Below are positions 1 through 10,902 of a stretch of 42,729 bases of DNA, in pieces. Where the stretch lies: contig JAWWBT010000003.1 in NCBI GenBank assembly GCA_033720815.1, positions 1-42,729 on the forward strand, in the 5' to 3' direction. Position 1 is the stretch's first letter. Every line of letters starts with the position of its first letter. The notes under the pieces are model-generated. The model was given only the letters and a program-made list of their open reading frames with translations, searched no databases and had not been told where the DNA came from. The position numbers were made by a program, and so were the translations under genes. Origin of the DNA: Gammaproteobacteria bacterium (lineage in GTDB: Bacteria > Pseudomonadota > Gammaproteobacteria > Natronospirales > JAJUFS01).

Positions 1-2
1 GC

Positions 3-647
3 AAGGACGAGGGGAAAGGTGCGAGCCGCCGCCTGCGTCATGCGGGCAAGGTGCCGGCCATCCTGTATGGTCACGGCGATCCGGTCTCGTTGACGCTCGA
101 CGCCAACGAACTGGCTAACCACATCAAGTACGAGGCGTTCTTCTCGCACATCCTGACCCTGCACATCGATGGCAAGGAAGAGCAGGCCATCATGAAGGAC
201 ATGCAGCGTCACCCGTACAAGCCGGTCGTGCTGCACGTTGACCTGCAGCGCGTGAAGAAGGGCCACAAGATGCACGTCAACGTGCCGGTCCACTTCCTCA
301 ACGACGACACGGCTCACGGCGTGAAGATGGAAGGCGGCGTGATGTCGCACAACGTCACCCAGCTGGAAGTCTACGTGCTGCCGAAGGACCTGCCGGAATA
401 CATCGAAGTCGATGTTGCCGACCTGAAGATCGGCGAGTCCATCCACCTTTCCGAAATCAAGTTGCCGGAAGGTGTGGAGTCCGTCGACCTCATGCACGAC
501 AACGACCCGGTGCTGGTGTCCATCCACCATCCGCGCGTCGAAGAAGAGCCGGTCGAAGGCGAAGAAGGCGAAGAAGAAGCTGCCGAAGTCCCGACCGTCG
601 CCGACGAGAAGGAAGAAGGCGAAGACAAGGAAAAGGGCGAAGAGTAA
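3..647 (+). CDS. rplY: 50S ribosomal protein L25/general stress protein Ctc (5' end outside window)
   Basis: Frame is open from position 3: KDEGKGASRRLRHAGKVPAILYG, then MQRHPYK..VLHVDLQRV and LPEYIEVDV..L.IGESIHLS, ending in an acidic tail. Standard rplY-pth-ychF order. Confidence 0.97.
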   Translation, partial: KDEGKGASRRLRHAGKVPAILYGHGDPVSLTLDANELANHIKYEAFFSHILTLHIDGKEEQAIMKDMQRHPYKPVVLHVDLQRVKKGHKMHVNVPVHFLNDDTAHGVKMEGGVMSHNVTQLEVYVLPKDLPEYIEVDVADLKIGESIHLSEIKLPEGVESVDLMHDNDPVLVSIHHPRVEEEPVEGEEGEEEAAEVPTVADEKEEGEDKEKGEE

Positions 648-674
648 TCTTCAGCCCGGACTCTGGAGCGACGC

Positions 675-1262
675 ATGTCCGACAAGTACGGCATTCGTCT
701 CGTGGTCGGCCTCGGGAATCCCGGGGCCGATTACGTTTCGACGCGGCATAATTCCGGATTTCATTTCGTCGATGAACTGGCACGCCGTTACGGGGGCGAG
801 TTCAAGGCGGAAAAGAAATTCCATGGCGAGGTCGCACGCATCGATATTGCCGGGCATGACGTTCGCCTGCTCAAGCCTTCCACGTTCTATAACCGTTCGG
901 GCCAGGCGGTGCAGGGTGCTGCATCGTTCCTGAAGATCAGTCCCGAGGAAGTCCTCGTTGCGCATGACGAGATCGATCTGCCGCCCGCGACACTGCGCCT
1001 GAAAAAGGGCGGCGGTCATGGTGGCAACAATGGCTTGCGCGACATCATTCCGCACCTCGGTGCGGATTTCCTGCGGCTGCGAATCGGCGTCGGGCATCCC
1101 GGCGACCCGAAGCGCGTCGCGGATTACGTATTGAAACGTCCTTCGAAAGACGAGGCACCCATACTGGCGCGCGCAATCGACGATGCGGCAGATGGTTTCG
1201 AACTCTTGCTGAAGGAAGGCCTGCAAAAGGCACAGACGAAATTGCACAGTCGAGAGACTTGA
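675..1262 (+). CDS. pth: peptidyl-tRNA hydrolase
   Basis: Motifs LVVGLGNPG..Y..TRHNSGF, LLKPSTFYNRSG, VAHDEID, GGHGGNNGLRDI and RLRIGVGHPG. GGAG RBS upstream. Confidence 0.98.
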   Translation: MSDKYGIRLVVGLGNPGADYVSTRHNSGFHFVDELARRYGGEFKAEKKFHGEVARIDIAGHDVRLLKPSTFYNRSGQAVQGAASFLKISPEEVLVAHDEIDLPPATLRLKKGGGHGGNNGLRDIIPHLGADFLRLRIGVGHPGDPKRVADYVLKRPSKDEAPILARAIDDAADGFELLLKEGLQKAQTKLHSRET

Positions 1263-1312
1263 AAGAAAAGAATTGGCCATTGCGAAACGAAGGCAACGGT
1301 TCATGGATTTCG

Positions 1313-1430
1313 TGAACGAGAGGTTTTGCGGCAGGACAAGGCGCGTGGCGCGCGAGGAGCGGAGTTGACGAGTGTCAATAAGCACCGCACCGCGCCGCAG
1401 CAACGCAGTAATGTCGCAAAACATCCGTTC
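1313..1430 (-). repeat. structured palindromic intergenic repeat, copy 1 (MITE-like or ncRNA-like)
   Basis: Outer arms GAACGAGAGGTTTTGCGGCA and TGTCGCAAAACATCCGTTC pair; inner hairpin is TTGAC-gagt-GTCAA. The minus strand reads CTGCGTTG...GCGCCTTG, the same motifs as the copy at 2573-2672. Confidence 0.7.
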
Positions 1431-1453
1431 CATTAATCGAGGTAGGCAGAAGT

Positions 1454-2545
1454 ATGGGTATTAGATGCGGCATCGTGGGTCTCCCCAACGTCGGCAAGTC
1501 CACGCTTTTCAACGCGCTGACCAAGGCGGAAATCCCGGCGGAGAACTACCCGTTCTGCACCATCGACCCGAATGTCGGTGTCGTGCCGGTTCCCGACCCG
1601 CGTCTCGACGTGCTGGCAGGCATCGTCAAGCCCCAGAAGGTTTTGCCGACAACCGTCGAGTTCGTTGATATCGCGGGCCTCGTCGAAGGCGCGTCGAAGG
1701 GCGAGGGTCTTGGCAACAAGTTCCTCTCCCACATCCGTGAAACCGACGCGATTGTCGAGGTCGTGCGCTGCTTCGAGAACGATGACATCACCCATGTCGC
1801 CGGCAAGATCGACCCGCTGGCGGATATCGAGATCATCAACACTGAACTCGCGCTGGCCGACCTCGATTCCGTCGAGCGGAACATCCAGAAAAACGAGAAG
1901 GTGGCGAAGTCCGGCGACAAGGAAGCCAAGGCGCGCCTCGCCGTTCTGGAGAAGTTGCTCGTGCCGTTGCAGGAAGGCAATGCGGCGCGTATTGCAGAGC
2001 TCGACAAGGACGAGAAGAAGCTTGTCCGTGACCTGAACCTCCTCACCATCAAGCCGCTGCTGTATATCGCGAACGTCAACGAGGACGGCTTCGACAATAA
2101 CCCGATGCTCGACAAGGTGCGCGAGCACGCGGCAGCCGAGAACGCCGAGGTGGTGCCGGTGTGTGCCGCCATCGAGGCGGAAATTGCCTTGCTCGACGAC
2201 GCCGACAAGGAAGAATTCCTCAAGGACCTGGGCCTCGAGGAGCCAGGCCTGAATCGCGTGATTCGTGCCGGTTACGAGCTGCTGGGCCTCGGTACGTACT
2301 TCACTGCGGGCGAAAAGGAAGTCCGTGCCTGGACGGTGAAACAGGGTGCGACGGCACCGCAGGCTGCGGGCGTGATTCATACCGATTTCGAAAAGGGCTT
2401 CATTCGTGCCGAGGTTGTGGCGTACGACGATTTCGTCGAGCACAACGGTGAACAGGGTGCGAAGGATGCCGGCAAGTGGCGACTCGAGGGCAAGGATTAT
2501 CTCGTGAAGGAAGGCGATGTGATGCACTTCCGCTTCAACGTGTGA
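1454..2545 (+). CDS. ychF: redox-regulated ribosome-binding ATPase YchF
   Basis: [48 protein letters not shown], and a C-terminal TGS domain ending [10 protein letters not shown]. Confidence 0.99.
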   Translation: MGIRCGIVGLPNVGKSTLFNALTKAEIPAENYPFCTIDPNVGVVPVPDPRLDVLAGIVKPQKVLPTTVEFVDIAGLVEGASKGEGLGNKFLSHIRETDAIVEVVRCFENDDITHVAGKIDPLADIEIINTELALADLDSVERNIQKNEKVAKSGDKEAKARLAVLEKLLVPLQEGNAARIAELDKDEKKLVRDLNLLTIKPLLYIANVNEDGFDNNPMLDKVREHAAAENAEVVPVCAAIEAEIALLDDADKEEFLKDLGLEEPGLNRVIRAGYELLGLGTYFTAGEKEVRAWTVKQGATAPQAAGVIHTDFEKGFIRAEVVAYDDFVEHNGEQGAKDAGKWRLEGKDYLVKEGDVMHFRFNV

Positions 2546-2572
2546 GCTTGGGCGGCGTCCTTGCCGCCATGG

Positions 2573-2672
2573 CTGTGTTGCGAACCGAGTTTCAGTCGGT
2601 CATTTACTATCTGTAAATTCCCTCCTGAATTTCGGTTCGCGCCTTGCCCTGACTGCAAATCCACTCGCTCAA
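2573..2672 (+). repeat. structured palindromic intergenic repeat, copy 2
   Basis: CTGTGTTG, then stem GCGAACCGAG (2580-2589)/TTCGGTTCGC (2631-2640) enclosing TTTAC-tatct-GTAAA, then GCGCCTTGCCCTGACTGCAAATCCACTCGCTCA, which aligns with the reverse complement of copy 1. Confidence 0.7.
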
Positions 2673-2680
2673 AGGCGAAA

Positions 2681-2827
2681 GCAGCCCGGAGATTGTGCTT
2701 CGGACGGCCCGCTGTCCTCGACGTACTAACCAGTACGCCTGCGGTACCGGGCTTTCGCGCGCCTTGCATCTACCACCACCTGCGACGCCCTCCAGTCTTT
2801 CGAAGGCATGAAAATCCACTCGCTCAA
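2681..2827 (+). repeat. degenerate third copy of the structured repeat plus a second copy of the 16-bp AAATCCACTCGCTCAA end
   Basis: Inner hairpin CGTAC-taacca-GTACG (2722-2737) inside GCCCG/CGGGC. GCGCCTTGC at 2759-2767 lies 120 bp after the one at 2639-2647. AAATCCACTCGCTCAA occurs at 2657-2672 and 2812-2827. Confidence 0.55.
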
Positions 2828-2915
2828 TGCGAATTGCCGCCTCGATACGGGCCAGAGGAGTCACGTTGAGGTAATCTTTCCCGGTCTTGTGTCCACAACA
2901 TGAAGGGGAAAGCCC

Positions 2916-3395
2916 GTGAAAGGCATTCGTAGCAAGTTTCTTATCCTGCTCGTCGCGATGGGTATGGCGCTGCCTGTTTCTGCTGCCGAGATCGATACCC
3001 GGGTCCTGCAGCAGTTGAACGACATCGGCATGGCCTACCAGATCGATGGCGACAACGATTTCGCCATCGTGATCGAATTCGACGATGGCCGTTCGCAGAT
3101 GCTGTTTGTGCGCAGCAAGGTCTACTCGAGCCGTGGCATGGGTATGCGCGATGTCTGGTCGCACGCATTCGTACCGGGCGAGGGTGGGGTGATCCCGGCA
3201 GCGCTGCAGACGCGCCTGCTCGAAGAGAATTTCAATGCCGTGATGGGTGGATGGGTCCGCAGCGAGGACCGGATCGCGTACATGGCGAAGATTCCCGAGG
3301 ACGCGCCGGCCGAGGTGTTGCGGGCGGCCATCCTGGAAGTGGCCGAGCTTGCGGATGAGCTGGAAAAGGAGCTTCACGGCAGCGACGAGCTGTGA
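2916..3395 (+). CDS. exported protein, YbjN-like domain (function unknown)
   Basis: GTG start after GAAGGGG, Sec-type signal peptide ending VSA-AE. The pattern Y.ID.D.DF...F.DGRSQ..F...RLLEEN.....G.W...V...ADELEKEL resembles YbjN-like proteins (recognised by eye). Confidence 0.6.
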   Translation: MKGIRSKFLILLVAMGMALPVSAAEIDTRVLQQLNDIGMAYQIDGDNDFAIVIEFDDGRSQMLFVRSKVYSSRGMGMRDVWSHAFVPGEGGVIPAALQTRLLEENFNAVMGGWVRSEDRIAYMAKIPEDAPAEVLRAAILEVAELADELEKELHGSDEL

Positions 3396-3439
3396 GCAGG
3401 GTCGGTCCCTGGAATTGGCGCTCATGGGCGCCTTCGGGC

Positions 3440-3468
3440 TTGACTTGGGCGGCCAAAATCCGCAAAAT
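3440..3468 (+). promoter_or_regulatory. sigma70-type promoter for tRNA-Met
   Basis: TTGACT (3440-3445), 17 bp spacer, CAAAAT (3463-3468), followed by a GC-rich discriminator as in stable-RNA promoters. Confidence 0.7.
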
Positions 3469-3503
3469 TCCGGCCCTTCTGCGGGACCCCGCAGCAGCTT
3501 TCT

Positions 3504-3580
3504 GGCTAGGTAGCTCAGTCGGTTAGAGCGACGGACTCATAACCCGTAGGTCGGCGGTTCAATTCCGCCCCTAGCCACCA
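3504..3580 (+). tRNA. tRNA-Met(CAT), elongator type
   Basis: GGCTAGG/CCTAGCC acceptor stem, TAGCTCAGTCGGTTAGAGC D arm, anticodon CAT at 3538-3540, GGTTCAATTCC T arm, encoded CCA. G1-C72 is paired and the initiator 3xGC anticodon stem is absent. Confidence 0.95.
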
Positions 3581-3584
3581 GAAC

Positions 3585-3621
3585 AGGGCCAACCGGTGCG
3601 AACCGGTTGGCCTTTTCTTTT
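3585..3621 (+). terminator. intrinsic terminator after tRNA-Met
   Basis: GGCCAACCGGT-gcga-ACCGGTTGGCC followed by TTTTCTTTT. Confidence 0.85.
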
Positions 3622-3628
3622 GCCTCGC

Positions 3629-5662
3629 TTATTCGTTTTCCGGAATCTCGTAACCGAACTTCTCGGCATGCGGGCGCAGGCGGTCGAGGTGCGGCTCAAG
3701 GTGGTGGCGGTACTTCAGCCAGCGTCCGCTTGCGCGGGTGTACATCGCCTCGGCGACCTGCTGGTAGCTGTTGGTGCGCACCTGCTGGCGTTCCTTCATC
3801 CGGGTTTCCACATCCAGCATCGATTCCTGCCACGGGATTCCCATGAAGTCGCAGACCTTCTGCAGGGTTTCTTCCGGCTTGCTGACCAGGTCCTCGTAGT
3901 GGAGGTAGAAGACCTCCGGTTCCAGTGCAGCTTCGGCCGCCTCCCAGCAGCGCATCACCTGGTCGTAGGTTGCAGCACTGTCTGCAATGGTGTCGAAGTG
4001 GATGAACGCATCGTTCGGCTCGTAGTCCTGCATGAAATTGGAAAGCACCACGTCGGCAGGGTGGCGCAGCGAGAACAGCAGCTTTGCCTTCGGGAACAGT
4101 CGCTTGATGAATCCGACATGGATGCCGCGTAGCGGCAGCTTGTCGAGGACCAGGCGACCGCGGTTCTCCGGCAGGTAGTTGCCAATGATTTCCCGATACT
4201 GTTCCCGAAGACGATTGATTTCCGGGGCACGCAGCATGGCCAGGTCGCTCGGATAGGCCTCGAGGCTGGTGATCAACGGTTCGAGAGTCGGCTTTTCCTC
4301 GATGGAGCTGACGTCCGGGTGCGCGTTCAGCGTGATGTCGAGCAGCGTGGTACCGGAACGCGGGAAGCCGATCAGGAAGCAAAGATCCTCGCCGAGGTCC
4401 CCTTGTTCCTCTTCGGGAAGTGTCCTGGCACCGAGTGCGCCGGATTCATACCAGCGCTGCAGTGCTTCGCACTGGCGAGGGAAGGCCGTTTCGTCGATCA
4501 GCTGGCGGCGCGCACTGAAACTGGCGATGTGGTTGGCTTCGGTGAATGCCTCGAATGCCGCATCGCTTTCGTCAATGCGATCCAGCGCGAAACCCAGCTC
4601 GTAGAAATAACGTTGCGCAACGCGTGGCTGCAGGCTGCGTGGGTCGATGGCCTGCAGGCGTTTTGCAGCAGCTTCAGGCTGCTTGCGACGACGGTCGAGC
4701 TTTGCCAGCTCCATCTGGAGCGCGGGGTAGTTGGGGTCAATCGCTTCAGCTTTCTTCAGCGCGCTTTCCGTGGCATCGATTTCGTTGGACTGTTCATGCA
4801 CGGCGGCTGTTTCAATCCAGGTATCGATATTCTGCGGATCCAGTCGCGCCGCCTCGTTCAGTGCTTCCAGTGCACCTACCGCTTCGCCGCGTTCGCCGAG
4901 CAGGATACCGAGATAGAAGTAGGCATCGGCACGCTGTGGATCACGCTCGATCGCTGAACGGAAATGGTCGCGGGCCTCGTCGAAGCGACCGATTGCCTGC
5001 ATGCAGAGACCTGCATTTACCAGGGCTTCGGGGTCGTTTTCATCACGAGCCAGCAGGGCCTTGAAACACTCCAGTGCCTCTACTGGCGAATCGGCATTGA
5101 AAAGCGTGATGCCGAGGTTCAGGCGTGCCTGCCGGTATCCGGGAGCCAGTTTCACGGCTTTCTCGAAGGAATTGATGGCTTCATCCATCTTGCCCAGTGC
5201 GCGCTGGCCGTGGCCCAGGTTGTGCCAGGCTTCGGCGTAATCGCCGCGCAGTCGAATCGCGCTGTTGAATGCACGCAAGGCTTCATCGGGACGGCCCACG
5301 TTGAAAAGGGCGCGACCGAGGTGATTGTGAGCGGAAGCGAGCTGCGGGTTATCCTGGAGTGCAGATTCGCAGGCCTGGATGGCAGCATGCATGTTGCCGT
5401 TCAGGTGAGCGAGGAAGGCCTGGCTGACCAGTGCCTCTGGATGGTCTGCATTTGCCAGCTTGCGCGCAATTTCAGCAGCGGCGTCATTCTCGCGCTCGCC
5501 GACCAGGATTTCGCGAAGCAGTGCTGCAGCGGTCGGTTCATCCAGGCGCTCTGCCAGGAGTTCGCGGGCCTCGGTGGCTTTTCCGCGCTTCAGGAGGTCG
5601 CGGATATCCGCCAGCCCGTCGTCCGTTGATTTCTTGCCGAACAGCGCCGCAAACAATCCCAT
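3629..5662 (-). CDS. tetratricopeptide-repeat-containing sulfotransferase family protein
   Basis: Multiple TPRs (AHNHLGRAL, AWHNLGHGQ, ARLNLGITL, ALVNAGLCM, AYFYLGILL), then the PAPS-binding loop FLIGFPRSGTTLL, LDKLP and RHPADVVLS. ATG at 5662 has a purine-rich RBS; the longer ORF to 5821 runs into the katG regulatory region. Confidence 0.88.
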   Translation of the reverse strand: MGLFAALFGKKSTDDGLADIRDLLKRGKATEARELLAERLDEPTAAALLREILVGERENDAAAEIARKLANADHPEALVSQAFLAHLNGNMHAAIQACESALQDNPQLASAHNHLGRALFNVGRPDEALRAFNSAIRLRGDYAEAWHNLGHGQRALGKMDEAINSFEKAVKLAPGYRQARLNLGITLFNADSPVEALECFKALLARDENDPEALVNAGLCMQAIGRFDEARDHFRSAIERDPQRADAYFYLGILLGERGEAVGALEALNEAARLDPQNIDTWIETAAVHEQSNEIDATESALKKAEAIDPNYPALQMELAKLDRRRKQPEAAAKRLQAIDPRSLQPRVAQRYFYELGFALDRIDESDAAFEAFTEANHIASFSARRQLIDETAFPRQCEALQRWYESGALGARTLPEEEQGDLGEDLCFLIGFPRSGTTLLDITLNAHPDVSSIEEKPTLEPLITSLEAYPSDLAMLRAPEINRLREQYREIIGNYLPENRGRLVLDKLPLRGIHVGFIKRLFPKAKLLFSLRHPADVVLSNFMQDYEPNDAFIHFDTIADSAATYDQVMRCWEAAEAALEPEVFYLHYEDLVSKPEETLQKVCDFMGIPWQESMLDVETRMKERQQVRTNSYQQVAEAMYTRASGRWLKYRHHLEPHLDRLRPHAEKFGYEIPENE

Positions 5663-5778
5663 CGTCCTACCCCCAATCGTTGAATGCCAAAGGCCAGCAT
5701 CATAAACCCTCTGGCCTGATTGAACAGGCCTCTCGCGCAAGTTGGCTTGCCGGTACCTGGCCAAATTCGCAGCACCCG

Positions 5779-5815
5779 ATAGCGATGCTGTATCGCCGCA
5801 ATAGGAAATCGGTAT
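5779..5815. promoter_or_regulatory. OxyR-type binding site upstream of katG
   Basis: ATAG-N7-GTAT-N7-ATAG-N7-GTAT matches the spacing of the OxyR consensus ATAG-N7-CTAT-N7-ATAG-N7-CTAT. It ends 10 bp upstream of a candidate promoter TTGCGT-16-TAGGAT (5826-5853). Confidence 0.75.
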
Positions 5816-5921
5816 GGCCAAAGGGTTGCGTGAAAAAATTCCTGATCTAGGATTAGAAGCATTCTAAGTCACCCGGAGTGCGACCCGCATTCCGGGGGAA
5901 TTGGGACAGCGTTTCCGCTGA

Positions 5922-8189
<2,268 letters not shown>

Positions 8190-8212
8190 GCCGTCCTCAT
8201 AAGCAGCAACAG

Positions 8213-8239
8213 AAAGCCCCGCTTCGGCGGGGCTTTTTT
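8213..8239 (+). terminator. intrinsic terminator after katG
   Basis: AAAGCCCCGC-ttcg-GCGGGGCTTTTTT. Confidence 0.9.
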
Positions 8240-8324
8240 ATGCTGGTCATATTGTGTTTCGCCCGGGCGCTTCTATAATTCGCGCGCGCACTCTCGCGCC
8301 CGCCCTTCGAGGCTTGTTGCTCAC

Positions 8325-9101
8325 ATGAGTAACGCATTGCCGCAGTTGCAGTTCCAGGCGTTCTACCTGGGCGCCCGTATTGATACCCGCGAACTTGAGA
8401 AACAGCAGCCAGTGTTGCGTGCACCACTGATGTTGCGCCGTGGCAGCCACGGTCATGCCGTGGTGTTCCGCTTTGGTGCCGTCGTGCTGGTGGCGATGAG
8501 TGCCACCGAAACAGAAGAATTTCTTGCCGAGATCGAGGCCTTTGTAATCAATCCCCCGGCGCACCGTTCGTCCGAAATGGGGACGGCGCGCATCGGTGAA
8601 CCCGATGGAATAGACTGCGATGGTTACCTGGGCCTGGTCAATGCAGATCCCGGTCGATTGCAGGTCGTGGCCGCGACCCTGGCGAAGAGCGTCGTGCTGG
8701 CGCACTACGAGGATGCCTTGTCCCGTGCTTTCGACCGTGTCGAGATCATCGTTGAAAACCTGCGCCGTGGTGGACGCGGGGGTAAGGATCGCGAACTCTT
8801 GAGCGAAATCGGTGAAGTGCTCGCGACGCAGGCACGAATGGTCGGCCGTGTCGAAGTGGCAGAAAAACCGGAGAGTGCCTGGGATTCCCTTGAACTGGAT
8901 CGACTCTATGAAAAGCTGGCGGCGGAATACGAATTAAGGGACCGTGACCGAGCGCTTACCCGCAAGCTGGAAGTCGTTGCCGAGACGGCGCATACGCAGC
9001 TCGACCTGCTGTACAGTCGCCGCACGCTTCGCGTGGAGTGGTACATCGTGCTGCTGATCGTGTTCGATATCGTACTTTCGCTGGGCGAAAAGCTCTTCTA
9101 A
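8325..9101 (+). CDS. RMD1/YagE (DUF155) family protein
   Basis: VVFRFGAVV, LAKSVVLAHYE, EKPESAWD..ELDRLYEKL..EYELRDR...L.RKL, and a C-terminal TM segment RVEWYIVLLIVFDI. TATAAT at 8274-8279 upstream. Confidence 0.85.
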   Translation: MSNALPQLQFQAFYLGARIDTRELEKQQPVLRAPLMLRRGSHGHAVVFRFGAVVLVAMSATETEEFLAEIEAFVINPPAHRSSEMGTARIGEPDGIDCDGYLGLVNADPGRLQVVAATLAKSVVLAHYEDALSRAFDRVEIIVENLRRGGRGGKDRELLSEIGEVLATQARMVGRVEVAEKPESAWDSLELDRLYEKLAAEYELRDRDRALTRKLEVVAETAHTQLDLLYSRRTLRVEWYIVLLIVFDIVLSLGEKLF

Positions 9102-9118
9102 TCAAAGGCATCACGCAG

Positions 9119-9514
9119 CTAGGCCGTTCGCGGCAGCGGCGGGAACTGCGGGTCCGGGGCTTCGAAATCTTCCGGAGTCAGCGGTGTCATGCCGTAGAAC
9201 GCCCGTGCCTTGTCGCAGCTCTCGTTGGGTCTGCCGCTTTCCCAGGAGGGCGCGAAATCGCGGCAGGTTGTGCCGCGCTTGTCGTAGATGCTGCAGCCAA
9301 CCGACTTCCCGACCTCGCCATCCAGTGCGATGCAACGCGACTTGCCAGCCTTGCCGGTGGTGCCTTTCATTGCGACGCGGTGCGGCGTGAGCTGCTGCAC
9401 CAGTTCTTGCGGGATGGTTCCGCCATTGAACGGGTCGGCTTCGGTCCAGTAGAAGGATACGCGGTAGAACGCGCAGCATGCGCCGCACGACAGGCAGGGA
9501 TGAGGCTTGTTCAT
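9119..9514 (-). CDS. YkgJ family cysteine-cluster (putative Zn/Fe-S) protein
   Basis: PCLSCGACCAFYRVSFYW.E, RCIALDGEVG..VGCSIYDKR...CRDF and CDKARA. Start set at ATG 9514. Confidence 0.88.
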   Translation of the reverse strand: MNKPHPCLSCGACCAFYRVSFYWTEADPFNGGTIPQELVQQLTPHRVAMKGTTGKAGKSRCIALDGEVGKSVGCSIYDKRGTTCRDFAPSWESGRPNESCDKARAFYGMTPLTPEDFEAPDPQFPPLPRTA

Positions 9515-9664
9515 GTGAATGTCCGGTGTACCGGTCGGGCCCACCTGGCGGGGCGGCGGATTCTTGCCGGAAAACGGTATTTCGTCAATCGGAAAATTCA
9601 CTGTGCGCTTGTGTCGCGTCCGGCCGCTCGGCACAATCGACGGCACTTGCAACGAGGAGTACGC

Positions 9665-10747
9665 ATGGAAGATTACGGTCGCACCTCGCGCCTGTTCCTG
9701 ACGCTGGCCGCCATCGTGGTGGTCATTGCCGGAATGAAGGCGAGCCAGGACATCATGGTGCCGTTCCTGCTGGCATTGTTCCTTGCCGTACTGGCGGCAT
9801 CGCCGATGTTCTGGCTGCAGCGCAAGGGCTTGCCGCTGTGGGGCGCATTGCTGATTGTCGTGGCCGGCTTCCTGCTCGCCGGTGTGCTGCTTGCCGGGCT
9901 GGTGAGTTCCGCCGTGGCCGATTTCACGCAGAACCTGCCGGTGTACCAGGAAAAACTGCGCGGACAGTTCGAGTCAGTGAATCTCTGGCTGGATCGCATC
10001 GGGCTGGACTCGCGCGAGCTGCAGCTTTCGGAGGTCTTCAATCCCGGCGCTGCGATGTCACTGGTCGGCACCATGCTGAACGGTCTCGGTGGCGTGCTGA
10101 CGAACAGTTTCCTGATCCTGATTACCGTCATTTTCATGCTGCTGGAAGCAGCCGGCTTCCAGGAGAAGATCCGCTACCTCTCCGGGCGCAGCAATGACGC
10201 CGCCTTTGATGATGTCAGCCGCTTTACCGACAAGCTGCGGCAGTACATCGGCATCAAGGGCTGGATCTCGCTGGCGACCGGCGTGCTGATCACCATTGCG
10301 CTGATGATCATCGGCGTGGATTACCCGCTGCTTTGGGGCGTGCTCGCCTTCGTGCTGAATTTCGTGCCGAATATCGGCTCCGTCATCGCGGGTGTACCGC
10401 CGGTCCTCCTTGCACTCATCCAGCTTGGTCCATGGCATGCCCTGGCTACTGCAATCGTGTTCCTGGTGGTCAACGTGCTCATGGGCAACGCCATCGAACC
10501 GCGATTCATGGGCAAGGGCCTCGGCCTTTCAACACTGGTCGTCTTCCTTTCCCTGGTTTTCTGGGGCTGGGTGTTCGGTCCGGTCGGGATGCTGCTGTCC
10601 GTGCCGCTGACGATCACCTTGAAGATCGCGCTGCATTCCCGCGAGGAAACGCGCTGGATCTCCGTGTTGCTGGGCCCTGATATCCGTGCCATCGCTCGCG
10701 CCGAGGAAAGGGCGGAAGAACGGAAGGCGGAGGCCGGCGGAGAATAG
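9665..10747 (+). CDS. AI-2E family transporter (YhhT/TqsA/PerM-like)
   Basis: GAGGAG RBS before ATG 9665, multiple TM helices, LNFVPNIGS, and EPRFMGKGLGLSTLVVFLSLVFWGWVFGPVGMLLSVPLT. Confidence 0.92.
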   Translation: MEDYGRTSRLFLTLAAIVVVIAGMKASQDIMVPFLLALFLAVLAASPMFWLQRKGLPLWGALLIVVAGFLLAGVLLAGLVSSAVADFTQNLPVYQEKLRGQFESVNLWLDRIGLDSRELQLSEVFNPGAAMSLVGTMLNGLGGVLTNSFLILITVIFMLLEAAGFQEKIRYLSGRSNDAAFDDVSRFTDKLRQYIGIKGWISLATGVLITIALMIIGVDYPLLWGVLAFVLNFVPNIGSVIAGVPPVLLALIQLGPWHALATAIVFLVVNVLMGNAIEPRFMGKGLGLSTLVVFLSLVFWGWVFGPVGMLLSVPLTITLKIALHSREETRWISVLLGPDIRAIARAEERAEERKAEAGGE

Positions 10748-10902
10748 GGAATTTTCCGGACCGGTTGCGGTCCAACGAAAGGCGCCATGCTCATGGCGCC
10801 ACTTCACTTGCGCTGCACCACGGCGTTGCCGTTCCTGCGGGAATACTGCGTGCTTGCGGCGAATTTCGGCCCTCTTTTGGCCGACCCGATATTGGAGGAA
10901 GC

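Noticed and set aside
540-647. GAAGAAG-rich low-complexity tract
   Set aside because: It encodes the ordinary acidic tail of L25/Ctc.
1365-1378. TTGAC-GAGT-GTCAA, which looks like an FNR box upstream of ychF
   Set aside because: It is the apical hairpin of the repeat element (TTTAC/GTAAA and CGTAC/GTACG in the other copies), and there is no -10-like hexamer at 22 bp on either strand.
2639-2827. Possible CRISPR or mini-array
   Set aside because: Only two exact 16-bp repeats 155 bp apart, no regular spacers and no cas genes.
2561-2869. 102-aa ORF after ychF and overlapping antisense ORFs
   Set aside because: They lie on the palindromic repeats, lack an RBS and show no protein-like motifs.
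3504-3629. Genomic island integrated at tRNA-Met
   Set aside because: No integrase, the terminator follows the tRNA directly, and I saw no convincing duplicate of the tRNA 3' end. A 9-bp CTAGCCACC inside the addB-like gene is consistent with chance.
9038-9664. 209-aa N-terminal extension of the AI-2E transporter
   Set aside because: It overlaps the RMD1 and YkgJ genes, and the real start has a GAGGAG RBS before ATG 9665.
10781-10800. Palindrome GGCGCCATG-ct-CATGGCGCC
   Set aside because: Single copy with no clear U-tract, so it cannot be classed as a terminator, REP or operator.
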